Shown: positions 10,118 to 20,671, counted from the stretch's first letter. The stretch: 61,720 nucleotides of DNA from a virus (IMGVR_UViG_3300035438_000178:1-61720); one strand, 5' to 3'. Translations and numbers: made by a program. The notes: generated by a model from the sequence alone, not told the origin.

Positions 10118-11287
10118 TTATTTGAAACGTAAAATACCATCTCGACCTGATAATGCTTCCATTAACTGGGTAGCAAGCAAGTCTTGACCATTAGTTGCAG
10201 CAGGTGTCGGTGAACTGATGTCTACGTTCGCAGCCTTTGTAACGATGTTACGCTGTCCGTCGTGCATCCCTTGACGATAGACAGATTTTACAATCTCGTC
10301 GATATTGTCAATCAATGCACGATGCGAGTTCAACATCTCAAAATTCCACGAGCCATCTGGTGAAACATACTGGTCGAAAAATTCGTCCAACTTCGCATTC
10401 TTCTGTTTGAGAGTAGACTTGTATTCCTGCGGAATGCCAAACTTGAATTCGCTATCGCCACCCAAGTCAAAATCAAGAGTTTCCATAAGGTCAACCTCTT
10501 GCGACATCGTAGAAATCCAATTGCTATCAATCGGGCTTTCAACTTCCTGCGTTGTTGAACTTTGCACGTCAGGCAACATATAAGAGTCGCGAATCTCATT
10601 AATTGCTTTTCGTGCTTCTTCGGCGTCAATCTTAAGCTGTAACGAAGACAGTCGGACTTCATCATCAGAGTACATTTCGGAATCGACTTTGTACTTTGAA
10701 TTTACTAGAAGTTGAATTTCATCCGGAGCAAGGTTTGGATACTTCGTCGACATTTGTAGACGAACAGCCGTAACATCATCCATTTCAGACGGGTTTAGGC
10801 TTTGGTATTTAAACCAATCCTCAGGAGAACGACCAGTCTTCGAAACGAAATCTGCAATAACAGATACACGCTCATCGACATCAGCCTTACGTTGCTGTTG
10901 AAGCATATTAGCGATAGCATCTACGCTGTCAATTGTCATACCAAGCTTTTCGCTCAGATAGGTGGCAATTGCAGATTCGATTTCGCTATCGGAAATATCG
11001 TCATCAGCAGACGTTTGAGGTTCGTTAGGTAAAGAACTTCCTGTAGTCTGTTGCGGCTCTACAGGGGCAGCCGTTGGTGCATCAGGTGTAGCAGTTGTTT
11101 CTGCTACTGGAGGAACTGGATTGTCTCCAAGTCCCAACGCTGAAGCATCAAAATCAGCGGGGCGATTAAAAATAGAATCAGGACTGTCTATAGACTGAGG
11201 AGTGACATCAGGTCGGCTCAAATCTACAGGCGGCTCATTCGTAATGTTAATACCACCAGCTTTAAGTACATCTTCCAAAGAATCCAT
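10118..11287 (-). CDS. Probable capsid scaffolding/assembly protein
   Basis: 389 aa; acidic low-complexity N-terminus with helical core; immediately upstream of MCP. Confidence 0.6.
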   Translation of the reverse strand: MDSLEDVLKAGGINITNEPPVDLSRPDVTPQSIDSPDSIFNRPADFDASALGLGDNPVPPVAETTATPDAPTAAPVEPQQTTGSSLPNEPQTSADDDISDSEIESAIATYLSEKLGMTIDSVDAIANMLQQQRKADVDERVSVIADFVSKTGRSPEDWFKYQSLNPSEMDDVTAVRLQMSTKYPNLAPDEIQLLVNSKYKVDSEMYSDDEVRLSSLQLKIDAEEARKAINEIRDSYMLPDVQSSTTQEVESPIDSNWISTMSQEVDLMETLDFDLGGDSEFKFGIPQEYKSTLKQKNAKLDEFFDQYVSPDGSWNFEMLNSHRALIDNIDEIVKSVYRQGMHDGQRNIVTKAANVDISSPTPAATNGQDLLATQLMEALSGRDGILRFK

Positions 11288-11336
11288 TTGAATTATATTT
11301 AGTTACGGGTCAAAGTTAAACAAAAACTTTAATCAT

Positions 11337-11660
11337 TTAAATACCACGAGTATAGCTCTGAGATTTAGGTGGCATCTTCTTATCTGCCCCTGCTCCTCCC
11401 CAGAATGCTCTGTTTGCCCAGTAAGCAGCACTCATCATTCCTTTAGAGATATTCTTTGCGTGGCGAGCTTTAAATGACTTGCGTGCTTCAGGAGAATAGT
11501 TGTGCCCCATCTTCTGGTCGCCAAAACGGATGAGACGAACTTTGTCGCCAACCTTAGCAAGCACAATACCTTTCTTAGTAGGGTGTGATGGTGTCTTCTT
11601 CCATTTGTTGACACCAGACAGCCCGTACTTCTTGAGCATATTTTTAATTCTGTCTTCCAT
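11337..11660 (-). CDS. Small basic phage protein (RFG..ARKSFKARH..SAAYW family)
   Basis: 107 aa, Lys-rich; motif widespread in aquatic phages; promoter 4 nt upstream. Confidence 0.65.
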   Translation of the reverse strand: MEDRIKNMLKKYGLSGVNKWKKTPSHPTKKGIVLAKVGDKVRLIRFGDQKMGHNYSPEARKSFKARHAKNISKGMMSAAYWANRAFWGGAGADKKMPPKSQSYTRGI

Positions 11661-11675
11661 ATCACAAATTTATAT

Positions 11676-11707
11676 AAAAAAGAAACCCTCCTTTTTAGGG
11701 GAGGGTC
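11676..11707 (-). terminator. Probable terminator
   Basis: ACCCTCC/GGAGGGT inverted repeat with a T-run on the minus strand. Confidence 0.6.
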
Positions 11708-11750
11708 GACGAATCCTAATTACCCTTGTAGAAACGTCTAGCGGAGAATC

Positions 11751-12002
11751 CTACTTGCTCCGTTTGATTTCGCCTGTACGGATGTCGATGTTTCCGGCTC
11801 CATACTTATCGGCTAACTTTTTCTTGATGGATTCGATGTGCTCAGACATAACCTTCCATTTGTCGTATTGTTTTCCAATCTCTTCTTCCAATGAGAGCTT
11901 TTGGATTGACAGCTTTGCAATCTCCGCTTCGATTGGCGCAATAGATGAAAGAGAAGATGTGATTTCAGACAACTCCTCAGGAGTAATGTGGTCTTGTTCC
12001 AT
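11751..12002 (-). CDS. Small coiled-coil protein (possible fibre chaperone)
   Basis: Heptad pattern ending KYGAGNIDIRTGEI; ATG at 12002 preferred because a TATCTTTG box sits at 12018-12025. Confidence 0.55.
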   Translation of the reverse strand: MEQDHITPEELSEITSSLSSIAPIEAEIAKLSIQKLSLEEEIGKQYDKWKVMSEHIESIKKKLADKYGAGNIDIRTGEIKRSK

Positions 12003-12025
12003 TGTATTTGATTTGTTCAAAGATA

Positions 12026-12364
12026 CTATTTATTCAATACAACATTACGACGTGATGGAGTAATTCGCTCCTTAATCATCTTATCCAAGTATGTCTTTAG
12101 TTGAAGAGCATATGCTTCGCTAATCTTAGACGTAACCCATTCTTCTACCTTTGCGCTAGTCAATTCTGATAAAGGAATAAACCCTTCACTAGAGATTGAA
12201 CTAGTGTCTAAGTCTGTCGCTCCGTTTGTGGATACAGTAATTAGAGGATTGTCTTTACTCTTAGCAGTGTATGACCAATGCACACGAACCACAACATCAG
12301 TTAATCCATTGTGACTTGTTAAAACCTCAAGGTTCTTACAGGTCCAGAAGTATTCGTTTTCCAT
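12026..12364 (-). CDS. Tail-fibre-associated small protein
   Basis: 112 aa; W..L..GLTDVVVRVHW..FIPLSELT..VEEWV pattern typical of genes following fibre genes. Confidence 0.55.
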   Translation of the reverse strand: MENEYFWTCKNLEVLTSHNGLTDVVVRVHWSYTAKSKDNPLITVSTNGATDLDTSSISSEGFIPLSELTSAKVEEWVTSKISEAYALQLKTYLDKMIKERITPSRRNVVLNK

Positions 12365-12393
12365 AGTGTTATATTATTTCATAAAGATACAAA

Positions 12394-14169
12394 TCAACCA
12401 ACAGCATCAATATAACTTAGTGCAGCGTAGGTTATGTCTGGGGCAGTTCCAGAAGACAATTCCTGTACGTGCAACTCAATAGTGTCGCCAGTGTCTACTG
12501 TAGAATCTGCTGAAGGTATGTGGAATGAAAACGTGGTATATGGAACCTCTGATGTTCCGTACATATAACCAACCCAATAACTTTCTGAATCTGCAACATC
12601 GGTAGTGTTAGTAACATTGTAAAGCTTATACTTAAACATTCTAAACTGAGGACCAGTCTGTGTGCTTTCAACTTCAAAGGTTACAATGAAGTATCCTCTG
12701 TTGTCTGCTGAAAGGTCTTTATTGACTCCAACACGTATGTTTGTACCATTCAAGACAACCATAGCCCACGTAGATGGGACTACAAATGGTGTTGCGTAGT
12801 CACGTGCGTACTCGGCATCTCCGGGAGTTGCAGTTACTGGAATTGATGCGTCTATAGTAATGCTGTCCGTTGTTGCGTTTGTGGTCAGTACAATATTAGA
12901 ACCTGCGACTAACGTCAGTGTATCGTTATTCGTGTCAGCAACAACCGTACTTTGACCAGCGACTGCTACATTCTTAAAGATAGCTTGTGCAGAACCGGGG
13001 TCTGTATTTGACAGCGTTATATCGTTAGCAAGCGTTGTTGCAGAAATACCGCTACCGGGCTTAATGGTAAATGTATCGTTGTTAGACGAGGCTGTTATAG
13101 TTGTCTGTGTGGGTACTGCAATGTTCTTAAATATATTCTGAGAAGACCCCCTGTCGTTATTGGTAACAGTGATACTGCCACTTGAAGTGATAGGGCCACC
13201 AGAGACAGACATACCAGTACCAGCAGTTAATCCTACTGAAGTCACCGTTCCTGCATACTGGTCTGCCGAGGTAACCGTGAAGTTAGGATACGTGCCAGTT
13301 ACTACAGAAGTGCCAGCTCCAGTGATAGATACAATCTGGTCTGGTGCGCTGTTGGTAACTGTAAGTGTATCTGTAGTATCGTTAGTGGTAATAGTAATTC
13401 CCGTGCCAGACGACATCGTAAGCGTATCGTTGTTACTATCTGCTACAATTGTATTCTGACCAGCTACGGCTATGTTCTTAAAGATATTCTGAGAGGAACC
13501 CCTATCGTTGTTTGTAACTGTAAAACTTGGGTAAGCCCCAGTTACTGATATACCAGTTCCAGAGGCGATAGATACTGTTTGGTCAGGTGCGCTGTTAGTT
13601 ATTGTCAGCGTATCCGTTGTTGCGTTTGTGGTCAGGGTAATCCCAGTCCCTGCTGCTGTAGTAAGTGTGTCGTTGTTAGAGTCTGCTACAATTGTAGATT
13701 GACCAGCAACAGCAAAGTTCTTGAATATGTTCTGCGCTGAACCAGTATCTGTATTTGTTACGGTAATACTACCACTCGTGGTAATAGGACCTCCAGAGAC
13801 AGATATACCAGTACCTGCTGTAAGGTCTACAGAGGTAACCGTACCACCACCGCCGCCACCGCCTGTAGCGTTTATGGTAATCGTATCTGTTGTAGCATCT
13901 GTGGTAATCGTCACGTTTGAACCAGCAACTAACGTGAGGGTATCGTTGTTAGTATCAGCCACTACTGTAGACTGACCTGCGACTGCTACATTCTTAAATA
14001 TGTTCTGGTCTGAACCCTTGTCAGTGTTATTAACCGTGATGCTTCCGCTTGTGGTAATAGGACCTCCAGAGACAGACATACCAGTACCTGCCGTAAGATT
14101 AACAGATGTAACAGTCCCGTCATTCAACAAGTCAAGATTGTTAGTAAATGGATTAAATTGAACTTTCAT
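12394..14169 (-). CDS. Tail fibre with internal modular repeats
   Basis: 591 aa, Thr/Ser/Gly-rich; 5 copies of (N/A)IFKN.AV..Q.T..A..NNDT.T and 3 copies of GTVTSV.LTAGTG.SVSGGPIT.SGSITV. Confidence 0.75.
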   Translation of the reverse strand: MKVQFNPFTNNLDLLNDGTVTSVNLTAGTGMSVSGGPITTSGSITVNNTDKGSDQNIFKNVAVAGQSTVVADTNNDTLTLVAGSNVTITTDATTDTITINATGGGGGGGTVTSVDLTAGTGISVSGGPITTSGSITVTNTDTGSAQNIFKNFAVAGQSTIVADSNNDTLTTAAGTGITLTTNATTDTLTITNSAPDQTVSIASGTGISVTGAYPSFTVTNNDRGSSQNIFKNIAVAGQNTIVADSNNDTLTMSSGTGITITTNDTTDTLTVTNSAPDQIVSITGAGTSVVTGTYPNFTVTSADQYAGTVTSVGLTAGTGMSVSGGPITSSGSITVTNNDRGSSQNIFKNIAVPTQTTITASSNNDTFTIKPGSGISATTLANDITLSNTDPGSAQAIFKNVAVAGQSTVVADTNNDTLTLVAGSNIVLTTNATTDSITIDASIPVTATPGDAEYARDYATPFVVPSTWAMVVLNGTNIRVGVNKDLSADNRGYFIVTFEVESTQTGPQFRMFKYKLYNVTNTTDVADSESYWVGYMYGTSEVPYTTFSFHIPSADSTVDTGDTIELHVQELSSGTAPDITYAALSYIDAVG

Positions 14170-14363
14170 AAAGTTTGAGTGACGCTTATTAGATTTCCAG
14201 AAGAGTAAACTAGAGCAAGACTACAAACAGTAACTCCATCCAATTTATATACAACAGATGTCATATCTGTGCCAGTATACCCCATCTCAACAGAGTTGTA
14301 CGTAGGAATCTTGAATCCTATAACGCTATCAACCCACGGGTAGTTCTGATTCCCTATTTGCAT
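14166..14363 (-). CDS. Small virion/fibre-associated protein
   Basis: 65 aa, beta-rich; overlaps the fibre start codon. Confidence 0.5.
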   Translation of the reverse strand: MQIGNQNYPWVDSVIGFKIPTYNSVEMGYTGTDMTSVVYKLDGVTVCSLALVYSSGNLISVTQTL

Positions 14364-14529
14364 CTTCTTGTTGTTTTAACAATTCTTCAAGTTGAATTTG
14401 ACAATCTTTAATATTCATACTTGCCTTCTCTATCTCATCCATATCACCGACAGATAATGCTCCAGCCAATATAGTATTCAAGAATTGTAGGCGCTTGTAC
14501 AGAAGGTCAATTTTTACAGATGGTTCCAT
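14329..14529 (-). CDS. Small helical protein (fibre chaperone-like)
   Basis: 66 aa helical hairpin, tightly coupled to 14531..15955. Confidence 0.5.
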   Translation of the reverse strand: MEPSVKIDLLYKRLQFLNTILAGALSVGDMDEIEKASMNIKDCQIQLEELLKQQEDANRESELPVG

Positions 14530-14530
14530 A

Positions 14531-15955
14531 TTAGTAAATCATTATACGTCTAAGTGCAGTTGTTGTATTTCCCAAATAGTAAACCCAGTCAATAACGTCT
14601 CCTCCAGCACCATCATCATAAGATACTGTAAACATCTTATCTCCAACTACAGCAGTAGACTGAGGATAGAAGTCAGTGGTAAAACCAGTAATCTCATTAT
14701 CTACCACATTATAGTAAAAGAATCGACCAGTGCTTTCCTTCATACCATATATTCTTGGGCCATCAATATCCCAGCAAGAACCAGTAGTAAATGTTTCACC
14801 CGGTCTTTGATAAGATATCGTAGCCCAAGTATTTAGTGCAATATCATATCTATGCAAATCTGCCGTACCAGCGCCACGGAACGAGTATATAAACCTTCCG
14901 TCTAAAATATTAGCGTTTTCATTGGACCAAAAAGAATCTCCTGTCTTAGACACCCAGTTTCCTGACATACCAGTACCCGGAGCAGCAGCACGAGCAGCAG
15001 TAGGCGCTAATGTAGTCCAAGTATTAGCAGAGATAGAATACCTATACATAGTTACTGCACCATTACCAAGAAGGTATAAATAGTCATCATTGCCTTCAAT
15101 GGCATACTGAGAAGTAGCATCTGGGTTTGTAGTCCAAGCTGCTGAAACTGTCAGTACAGTACCAGTATTAGATGCAATACTCCTTACTTGTCCAATGCCT
15201 GTCCCTGCTGTAATACTAACTTGGTAGTTAGACCACTGGTTAGTAGTCCAAGCTTTTATTGAATTTGTTAAAGTTGTAGCGCCTCCAGCTGTAGCTGTTC
15301 CTGTTGCAAATGCTCCGACATAAGATGGAGTACCAACAAGGCGTCCATCAGTTCCCCAAGTTGCTGGAAGACCAGTTGTGGTTAAGGAAGTTAGTGTACC
15401 AGTAACTAAGTCATATGACCTGATAACTCCAGCAACTAAAGCTGTGTATGCATTAAATACATAATATACACCAGAGTCAATTTTAAATGTAGAAGATGCA
15501 GGAGTTGCAACTGGAAGTGCAGAGTCAAGCGTTATTACGTTAGTACCGCCGGGAACAATGTCAACACGAGTAATTGTCCTACGAAGACCAGTCACACTTG
15601 CCCCAGTCTGGAACCATACAGTCCGTCCTTCTAACTTACCTGTAATGTTTGTAGTCAGAGTAATTGTAGTAGTAGTTCCACCAGTAGCGGTAAGCGTATT
15701 TGACCACAAGCCCCAAGAACCACAAGCTCCAGCGGCAAATGTTCCACCAAGCGCAAAAGAAGGAAGAATCTGAAATGCATCTTCATTAACATCATACAGT
15801 GCTGGAGAGCCTGTATTGAATACGTGCAATGCTGTACGTCTTGTGCCAAGAGGGTCTTTGATGATAAAAGAACCAGCAACAGTAGCTGTTACTGCCGGAG
15901 TCATCATCTGAAACTCCTTACGATGGAGAAGACGTTTGTTATTTTGATAAGCCAT
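14531..15955 (-). CDS. Beta-propeller/kelch-like virion receptor-binding protein
   Basis: 474 aa; repeated MYRYSISANTWTT / LHRYDIALNTWAT blades with Thr-rich inserts. Confidence 0.6.
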   Translation of the reverse strand: MAYQNNKRLLHRKEFQMMTPAVTATVAGSFIIKDPLGTRRTALHVFNTGSPALYDVNEDAFQILPSFALGGTFAAGACGSWGLWSNTLTATGGTTTTITLTTNITGKLEGRTVWFQTGASVTGLRRTITRVDIVPGGTNVITLDSALPVATPASSTFKIDSGVYYVFNAYTALVAGVIRSYDLVTGTLTSLTTTGLPATWGTDGRLVGTPSYVGAFATGTATAGGATTLTNSIKAWTTNQWSNYQVSITAGTGIGQVRSIASNTGTVLTVSAAWTTNPDATSQYAIEGNDDYLYLLGNGAVTMYRYSISANTWTTLAPTAARAAAPGTGMSGNWVSKTGDSFWSNENANILDGRFIYSFRGAGTADLHRYDIALNTWATISYQRPGETFTTGSCWDIDGPRIYGMKESTGRFFYYNVVDNEITGFTTDFYPQSTAVVGDKMFTVSYDDGAGGDVIDWVYYLGNTTTALRRIMIY

Positions 15956-16470
15956 TATCCTACGTTGTTAATGTTAGAATTGATTGCGGTTAAGTTATCC
16001 CAGTTTTTAACCTCTGTGTTAGCACTCCAACCGCCTAACGCTGATAAGTTGGACAGTGTTGACATATTAGGCGTAGAAAGTGGAGTAACACGAAGGTCAG
16101 CAGATATACCTCTTACAGCAGCTAAGAATTCAAGACGAGTAGAAATCTCATACAGAGCGTCTAATACCTCATTACTTGCTCCGGACAGTCCATTGTCGTA
16201 GTAGATAAGCAACTCGTCAGAGTTGCTCATAAACGTACCAAAAAAATTAGCTATGGAAGATAAAGATGGAGTTGAAAAGAATAAGGTATTATAGTTTGTC
16301 TGAGTGACCAGCTGCTTCGTATTAGAGAAATTGTAAACAACTGTCTGAAGAGTACCGTTGTTTATAATCAACAGCCTCTCCTTCTCTAATGGATTTGACG
16401 CAGTGAATTCATTAAAAGTAATGGTGCTCGCACCAACATTAATTGTGTAGTCTGTTATTACTCTTTTCAT
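15955..16470 (-). CDS. Virion structural protein (spike/fibre anchor)
   Basis: 171 aa; LLIINN..TVVYNFS..MSNSDELLIYYD; coupled to the propeller gene. Confidence 0.5.
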   Translation of the reverse strand: MKRVITDYTINVGASTITFNEFTASNPLEKERLLIINNGTLQTVVYNFSNTKQLVTQTNYNTLFFSTPSLSSIANFFGTFMSNSDELLIYYDNGLSGASNEVLDALYEISTRLEFLAAVRGISADLRVTPLSTPNMSTLSNLSALGGWSANTEVKNWDNLTAINSNINNVG

Positions 16471-16474
16471 ATTA

Positions 16475-18043
16475 TTAAGATAATGCGATAGAATAGGCTA
16501 TCATTAGTAATTCTATTTCAGTAGTGCCCTTATATATTCCTCCATTGGACACAATCAAGTCTCCAGAGTAATCTATTTGTGTGGTCCCATTAATAGTCAG
16601 TTTAGCGGTAGTACCAGTAGTAACTGAAGTTGCACTTCCACCAATCACAACTCTTGTAGAGAAATTAGGAGCTATTGATATTGAGTTATAACTAAACATT
16701 GGATTAAAAACAGCCCCAAACATTCCTAAAAAACCTCCATTAAGACTTATGCTTCCAGATGCATTTGGAGGACCCATTGAGTTGTCAAATGTGCCTATGT
16801 TTAAATCACCGTAAACACCTAAGTTATACGGTGTAGTGGTTCCAGATACTCCAAATTGAGAAGATGAAGAGTTTATCTGGAAAGAAGGATTAAAGGGACT
16901 GCTTATTGAAAATGAATAGTATGTAGCTTCTAATTCAATGCCACCATAAGTCATACCGATTCTATCGTACCGATAAAAACGACCACTTGATGGCTGGAAC
17001 TCAAATCCCATTGCACCATTGTCAGAGACAACAAGTTTCTCAATGGGGCTAGCTGTTCCTATACCAAGATTCTTAAGGCTATTATCCCAGTATAACTGAG
17101 AATCACTTGATATACTATTAGTTCCGTTCCAGAATGCTACACGTGTAGCAACACCACTACCAGAAACCCCACCAACGGCAACTGTCTGATTTTCCCAAAC
17201 CTGAAGAGTTGAGTTATAAACTAAGAACTGACCATTTGTAGGAGTAGTTGTAATCCTTACGTTGTGCAGTTCATTAAGCTCGTATCCATTATCAACCTTT
17301 ACATAAATCTGTCCTTGTGTTGGATGTGCTCTAACAACAAATCCTAAGATTACAGTATGTTGAGGTGCTAAAGGCTTTACGTTAGTAATTGCACCAAAAG
17401 TTATTGGAGATAGATAAAGAACATCACCATCATTCCACGTCTCACCTTGAAGCGAACCAGTGGTGTTAATGTTTCTTACTAATCCTGAAGAAGTTACAAA
17501 ACCTTCTTGGTTGTTTGCTATAGTTTCTGTTACAATACCAATAGTATCAGCAGAGTTTGGGTCTGAATCAGCACGAGCCAATCCAATCTTTAATCTGTTT
17601 CCCTGCGCTCCTGTAATCTTAACAGCCTGATAGTTAGCCTCAAGAAGGTCTACACCTGCCTTATTTACTACACGAACTACTTGCTCTTGTCCTATTTGAA
17701 GCGTTACATTATTTCCAAGAAGGCGAAGGTCTAAAGTTCCATCAGCATTATTCCAAGCCATCATACCCTCCTGAAGGGCAGCAGTGTAAGTTGTATTGTA
17801 AAGCGTGTAGTTTGTGGTTACACCACCAACAGAAATAGTATTTAGAGTAGTGTTACCGCGAGTAGTTACGGTATCAAGAGTATCAGATTCCTCTATATCT
17901 CCTCCAGACTCAGGAAATGTAATATTACCTAAGATTTTCTTAAATAGCGTATAGTAGGTAACCGTCTTTGTTCTAGAGGTTCCTTGTATGGTGAGGGTGA
18001 ACTCATCCGTAGGATTGATGATTACATCTTTTTCTAACGCCAT
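16475..18043 (-). CDS. Tail fibre/spike protein
   Basis: 522 aa; TLDTVTTRGNTT, ELNELHNV, GQFLVYNS..WEN and LGIGTASP..KL fibre motifs. Confidence 0.7.
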   Translation of the reverse strand: MALEKDVIINPTDEFTLTIQGTSRTKTVTYYTLFKKILGNITFPESGGDIEESDTLDTVTTRGNTTLNTISVGGVTTNYTLYNTTYTAALQEGMMAWNNADGTLDLRLLGNNVTLQIGQEQVVRVVNKAGVDLLEANYQAVKITGAQGNRLKIGLARADSDPNSADTIGIVTETIANNQEGFVTSSGLVRNINTTGSLQGETWNDGDVLYLSPITFGAITNVKPLAPQHTVILGFVVRAHPTQGQIYVKVDNGYELNELHNVRITTTPTNGQFLVYNSTLQVWENQTVAVGGVSGSGVATRVAFWNGTNSISSDSQLYWDNSLKNLGIGTASPIEKLVVSDNGAMGFEFQPSSGRFYRYDRIGMTYGGIELEATYYSFSISSPFNPSFQINSSSSQFGVSGTTTPYNLGVYGDLNIGTFDNSMGPPNASGSISLNGGFLGMFGAVFNPMFSYNSISIAPNFSTRVVIGGSATSVTTGTTAKLTINGTTQIDYSGDLIVSNGGIYKGTTEIELLMIAYSIALS

Positions 18044-18058
18044 ATAACAAAGGTAGTT

Positions 18059-18090
18059 AAAAGAGAATAGCCCTCGTAAGAGGGCTACTC
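18059..18090 (-). terminator. Probable terminator
   Basis: TAGCCCTC/GAGGGCTA inverted repeat with a T-run on the minus strand. Confidence 0.6.
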
Positions 18091-18106
18091 AATTGGATTC
18101 CAGACC

Positions 18107-18427
18107 TTACTCTTGAGGAATCACGCAGTATGGTGATGTCGGATTTACCTCGCAGAATTTTACAGCGTATTGCTGTTCCCATCCACCGAACCAGTGTACA
18201 GCAGAATCTGGAGTAGGCCACACTATAAAGGATAAGAATTCCGTAGGGATTTCTTGGTAAAAGATAATGTCCACCGCCCAACGTGGGTCAGTTTCCACAA
18301 GTCCGATTTGATGAACGGCACAATTCACAAAAGATACCTCACCTTCGTTCATTTCAGCGAATCCCGATGAAAGCATATCGGCAATGAACTGCCCTTCGGT
18401 AGGCCAAGCATATTTCAAGTAGGTCAT
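18107..18427 (-). CDS. Small protein accompanying the head-spike/fibre gene
   Basis: Start taken at MTYLKY (18427), overlapping the upstream stop; WAVDI..VWP..VHWFGG motif. Confidence 0.55.
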   Translation of the reverse strand: MTYLKYAWPTEGQFIADMLSSGFAEMNEGEVSFVNCAVHQIGLVETDPRWAVDIIFYQEIPTEFLSFIVWPTPDSAVHWFGGWEQQYAVKFCEVNPTSPYCVIPQE

Positions 18428-20382
18428 AACGTGGTTCTTTGAATACATACAGCGTCTGAAAGCGGAGTTGGCGCAAGCCACATTTGATTTATTTCAATTG
18501 GTACTTGATTAATATAGCTTGCCAAAAATTGCATATTTGTTGTAGTAAAAGAAGTTGCGCTTACTTGCTTTACTCCGTTTACAAATACGTCCGCAGTTGT
18601 TCCATCCCACTTAATGGCAATTTTAACTGCCGTTGTAGTAGTAGTAAAAAGTGATGTACCAGAACCAGCAACCCATTTTGATATATTTAGTCTTGAGTCA
18701 ACTCCTCCAGTATTCCGAATATTAAAACCGTTGGTAAATGAACCGTTGACCGTGTCAAGAAAAAATCCAGTGCTTGTGCTATCCCGTGTGTATCCAATAT
18801 TGTCGGACAAATCAAGAAATAAAGTACCACCAGCAGCCGTAATAAAACCATTGGTAAAGATGTTGGCTCGTGTAAAAGAATCGCCAATCCTTGTTACAGC
18901 TGCGAATGTTGTTGGGATGTAGCTGGTTGGGTAGGCTCCAGCCTCCAATTGAGGTAGTGCGTGTAAAAATCCTTGACCAGTAGAAAGAGTAGAAGGTAAT
19001 GCTAACAAATAAATAACTGGACTACCAGTTGGAGATGCTCCAGTTGTTATACTTACATTAACCCGATACCATCCACTGCCCCAGTTTTGTACCGTAGATG
19101 TGCAGAATGTAGATGTTCCAAGCGTAACCCCAGCAGCTGCTATATTAATGACTTGTGTCCAAGATGTACCCCCCCATTGAAAACTATTATTAAATTGCAT
19201 ACTGGTAACAACATCTACACCATCGTACTTAAAAAATGCACTCAATACATAGCCAGTCGAGCCAGCCAATACAGATGAAGTGCAATTTTGTTGGGCATAT
19301 CTTAATGTTCCTGCTGCTTCATTTTTAGTTATGCGGGCGCAATTAACACCAGCCATTGGAGAACCACTTACAGTGGTGTCGTAAGCAACTCCAGTAGTTG
19401 CGTTGTAAAGCAATCTGTTAGGGACAAGGTTCGTGCGTTGGGGTTCAAGCAACAATCTACCACAAGTGTTCAAAGTCCCGTCTGCGTTACGGAAGTCTAT
19501 GCGGGGGACATTCAATCTGTCAGTAGTAGCGAAGTAGTTCATTCTTGATGAACCTTGAACTACCTGCATACCCCACAGTAAGTAGTCTACGAGTCCACTT
19601 CCAGCAATGGTTAGGTCACCATAGTTTCCAAAGGTGTTAGACGCACTGCTGGCATACTGAAGGCCAAAGTCATTGAAGTTACTCGTAGCCGTAATTGAGA
19701 TTCTATACCATCCATTTCCTTCAGATGTTATAGAGCCAGTTGTTCCGGGTATGTTATTGTGTTGTACACTTACAACGGAGGCTGTATCTAAGTCAAAGAT
19801 GACCCCAGTCCATATAAACTGTCCTCCAGCACCTTTCAAACTTACGTACCTTGAGTTAACCTTCTTTACATATGCGGAGTATGTATACGTACCTAATGGA
19901 ACTACTTTAGATTGATAACAAGGATGTGGTCCAACAGTTATAGTAGACGCATAAGAATCAGCGGTGTTTGTTCCATCAGGAGCAACGCCAGCATTGGCTA
20001 CTATTGTTATGTTGTTCGTTAGCCACAATACATTTTCTAATTCTTGACTATACGTAAACAAATTATAAGGACTCAGTCTAATTACCCCTGTAGAATCAGT
20101 ATAGGTAGCATCAGAAGCACGAGTAAAGTCAAGGTCACCTAATGCCGAATTTGGTTTCTCAGCAAAAACAATATCCTCTTTAATGCCATCAGGTATAAGT
20201 ACCAAAGATGCATCTTTAAGTAGTCCATTTGAATTTAGACCAAGCAGCCCATTTAACGCACATACAGCGTTCTGGAAGACACCTCCAGCAGCAGTAACAC
20301 GAATAAAGTATTGTCCATATAGAGACTTAGCAAAGTTGAATACGAGCCCTCCCTTGCCTAAACCTAATCCTAAGCCAAGCAT
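18424..20382 (-). CDS. Virion fibre/spike with carbohydrate-binding and lectin/LamG-like domains
   Basis: 652 aa; MLGLGLGL N-terminus, DFTRASDATY, GNGWYRIS, LLLEPQRTNL, QLEAGAYPTSYIPT motifs. Confidence 0.7.
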   Translation of the reverse strand: MLGLGLGLGKGGLVFNFAKSLYGQYFIRVTAAGGVFQNAVCALNGLLGLNSNGLLKDASLVLIPDGIKEDIVFAEKPNSALGDLDFTRASDATYTDSTGVIRLSPYNLFTYSQELENVLWLTNNITIVANAGVAPDGTNTADSYASTITVGPHPCYQSKVVPLGTYTYSAYVKKVNSRYVSLKGAGGQFIWTGVIFDLDTASVVSVQHNNIPGTTGSITSEGNGWYRISITATSNFNDFGLQYASSASNTFGNYGDLTIAGSGLVDYLLWGMQVVQGSSRMNYFATTDRLNVPRIDFRNADGTLNTCGRLLLEPQRTNLVPNRLLYNATTGVAYDTTVSGSPMAGVNCARITKNEAAGTLRYAQQNCTSSVLAGSTGYVLSAFFKYDGVDVVTSMQFNNSFQWGGTSWTQVINIAAAGVTLGTSTFCTSTVQNWGSGWYRVNVSITTGASPTGSPVIYLLALPSTLSTGQGFLHALPQLEAGAYPTSYIPTTFAAVTRIGDSFTRANIFTNGFITAAGGTLFLDLSDNIGYTRDSTSTGFFLDTVNGSFTNGFNIRNTGGVDSRLNISKWVAGSGTSLFTTTTTAVKIAIKWDGTTADVFVNGVKQVSATSFTTTNMQFLASYINQVPIEINQMWLAPTPLSDAVCIQRTTL

Positions 20383-20404
20383 CTCAAAAGATATTTAAGC
20401 CTAA

Positions 20405-20671
20405 TTAGGCGATGTATGCAATCGCTGAGCCGCTTGATACGGTGACAGCGCTAAACAACCCATACAATGTAAATCCAGCAGGAAATGTAATAGAAGTAAG
20501 GTTCGCTCCAGCATAAGACGTCACGGAGATAACAGAATCCTCAACCATAGAGATTGCACGATACTGCTCGTCAGTAACTGGTGTGAATCCAGACACAATA
20601 CGTCTAAATCCTTTCTGTCCAAAGGACTGGCGGTAGAAATTGGGTTCCGCCTGAATGTTTTCGTAAGCCAT
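20405..20671 (-). CDS. Small virion structural protein
   Basis: 88 aa; PAGFTLYGLFSAVTVSSGSAIAY C-terminus common in phage decoration-like proteins. Confidence 0.5.
   Translation of the reverse strand: MAYENIQAEPNFYRQSFGQKGFRRIVSGFTPVTDEQYRAISMVEDSVISVTSYAGANLTSITFPAGFTLYGLFSAVTVSSGSAIAYIA

Noticed and set aside
12394-14169. Diversity-generating retroelement acting on fibres or the terminal repeat
   Set aside because: No reverse transcriptase; repeat differences are not adenine-specific
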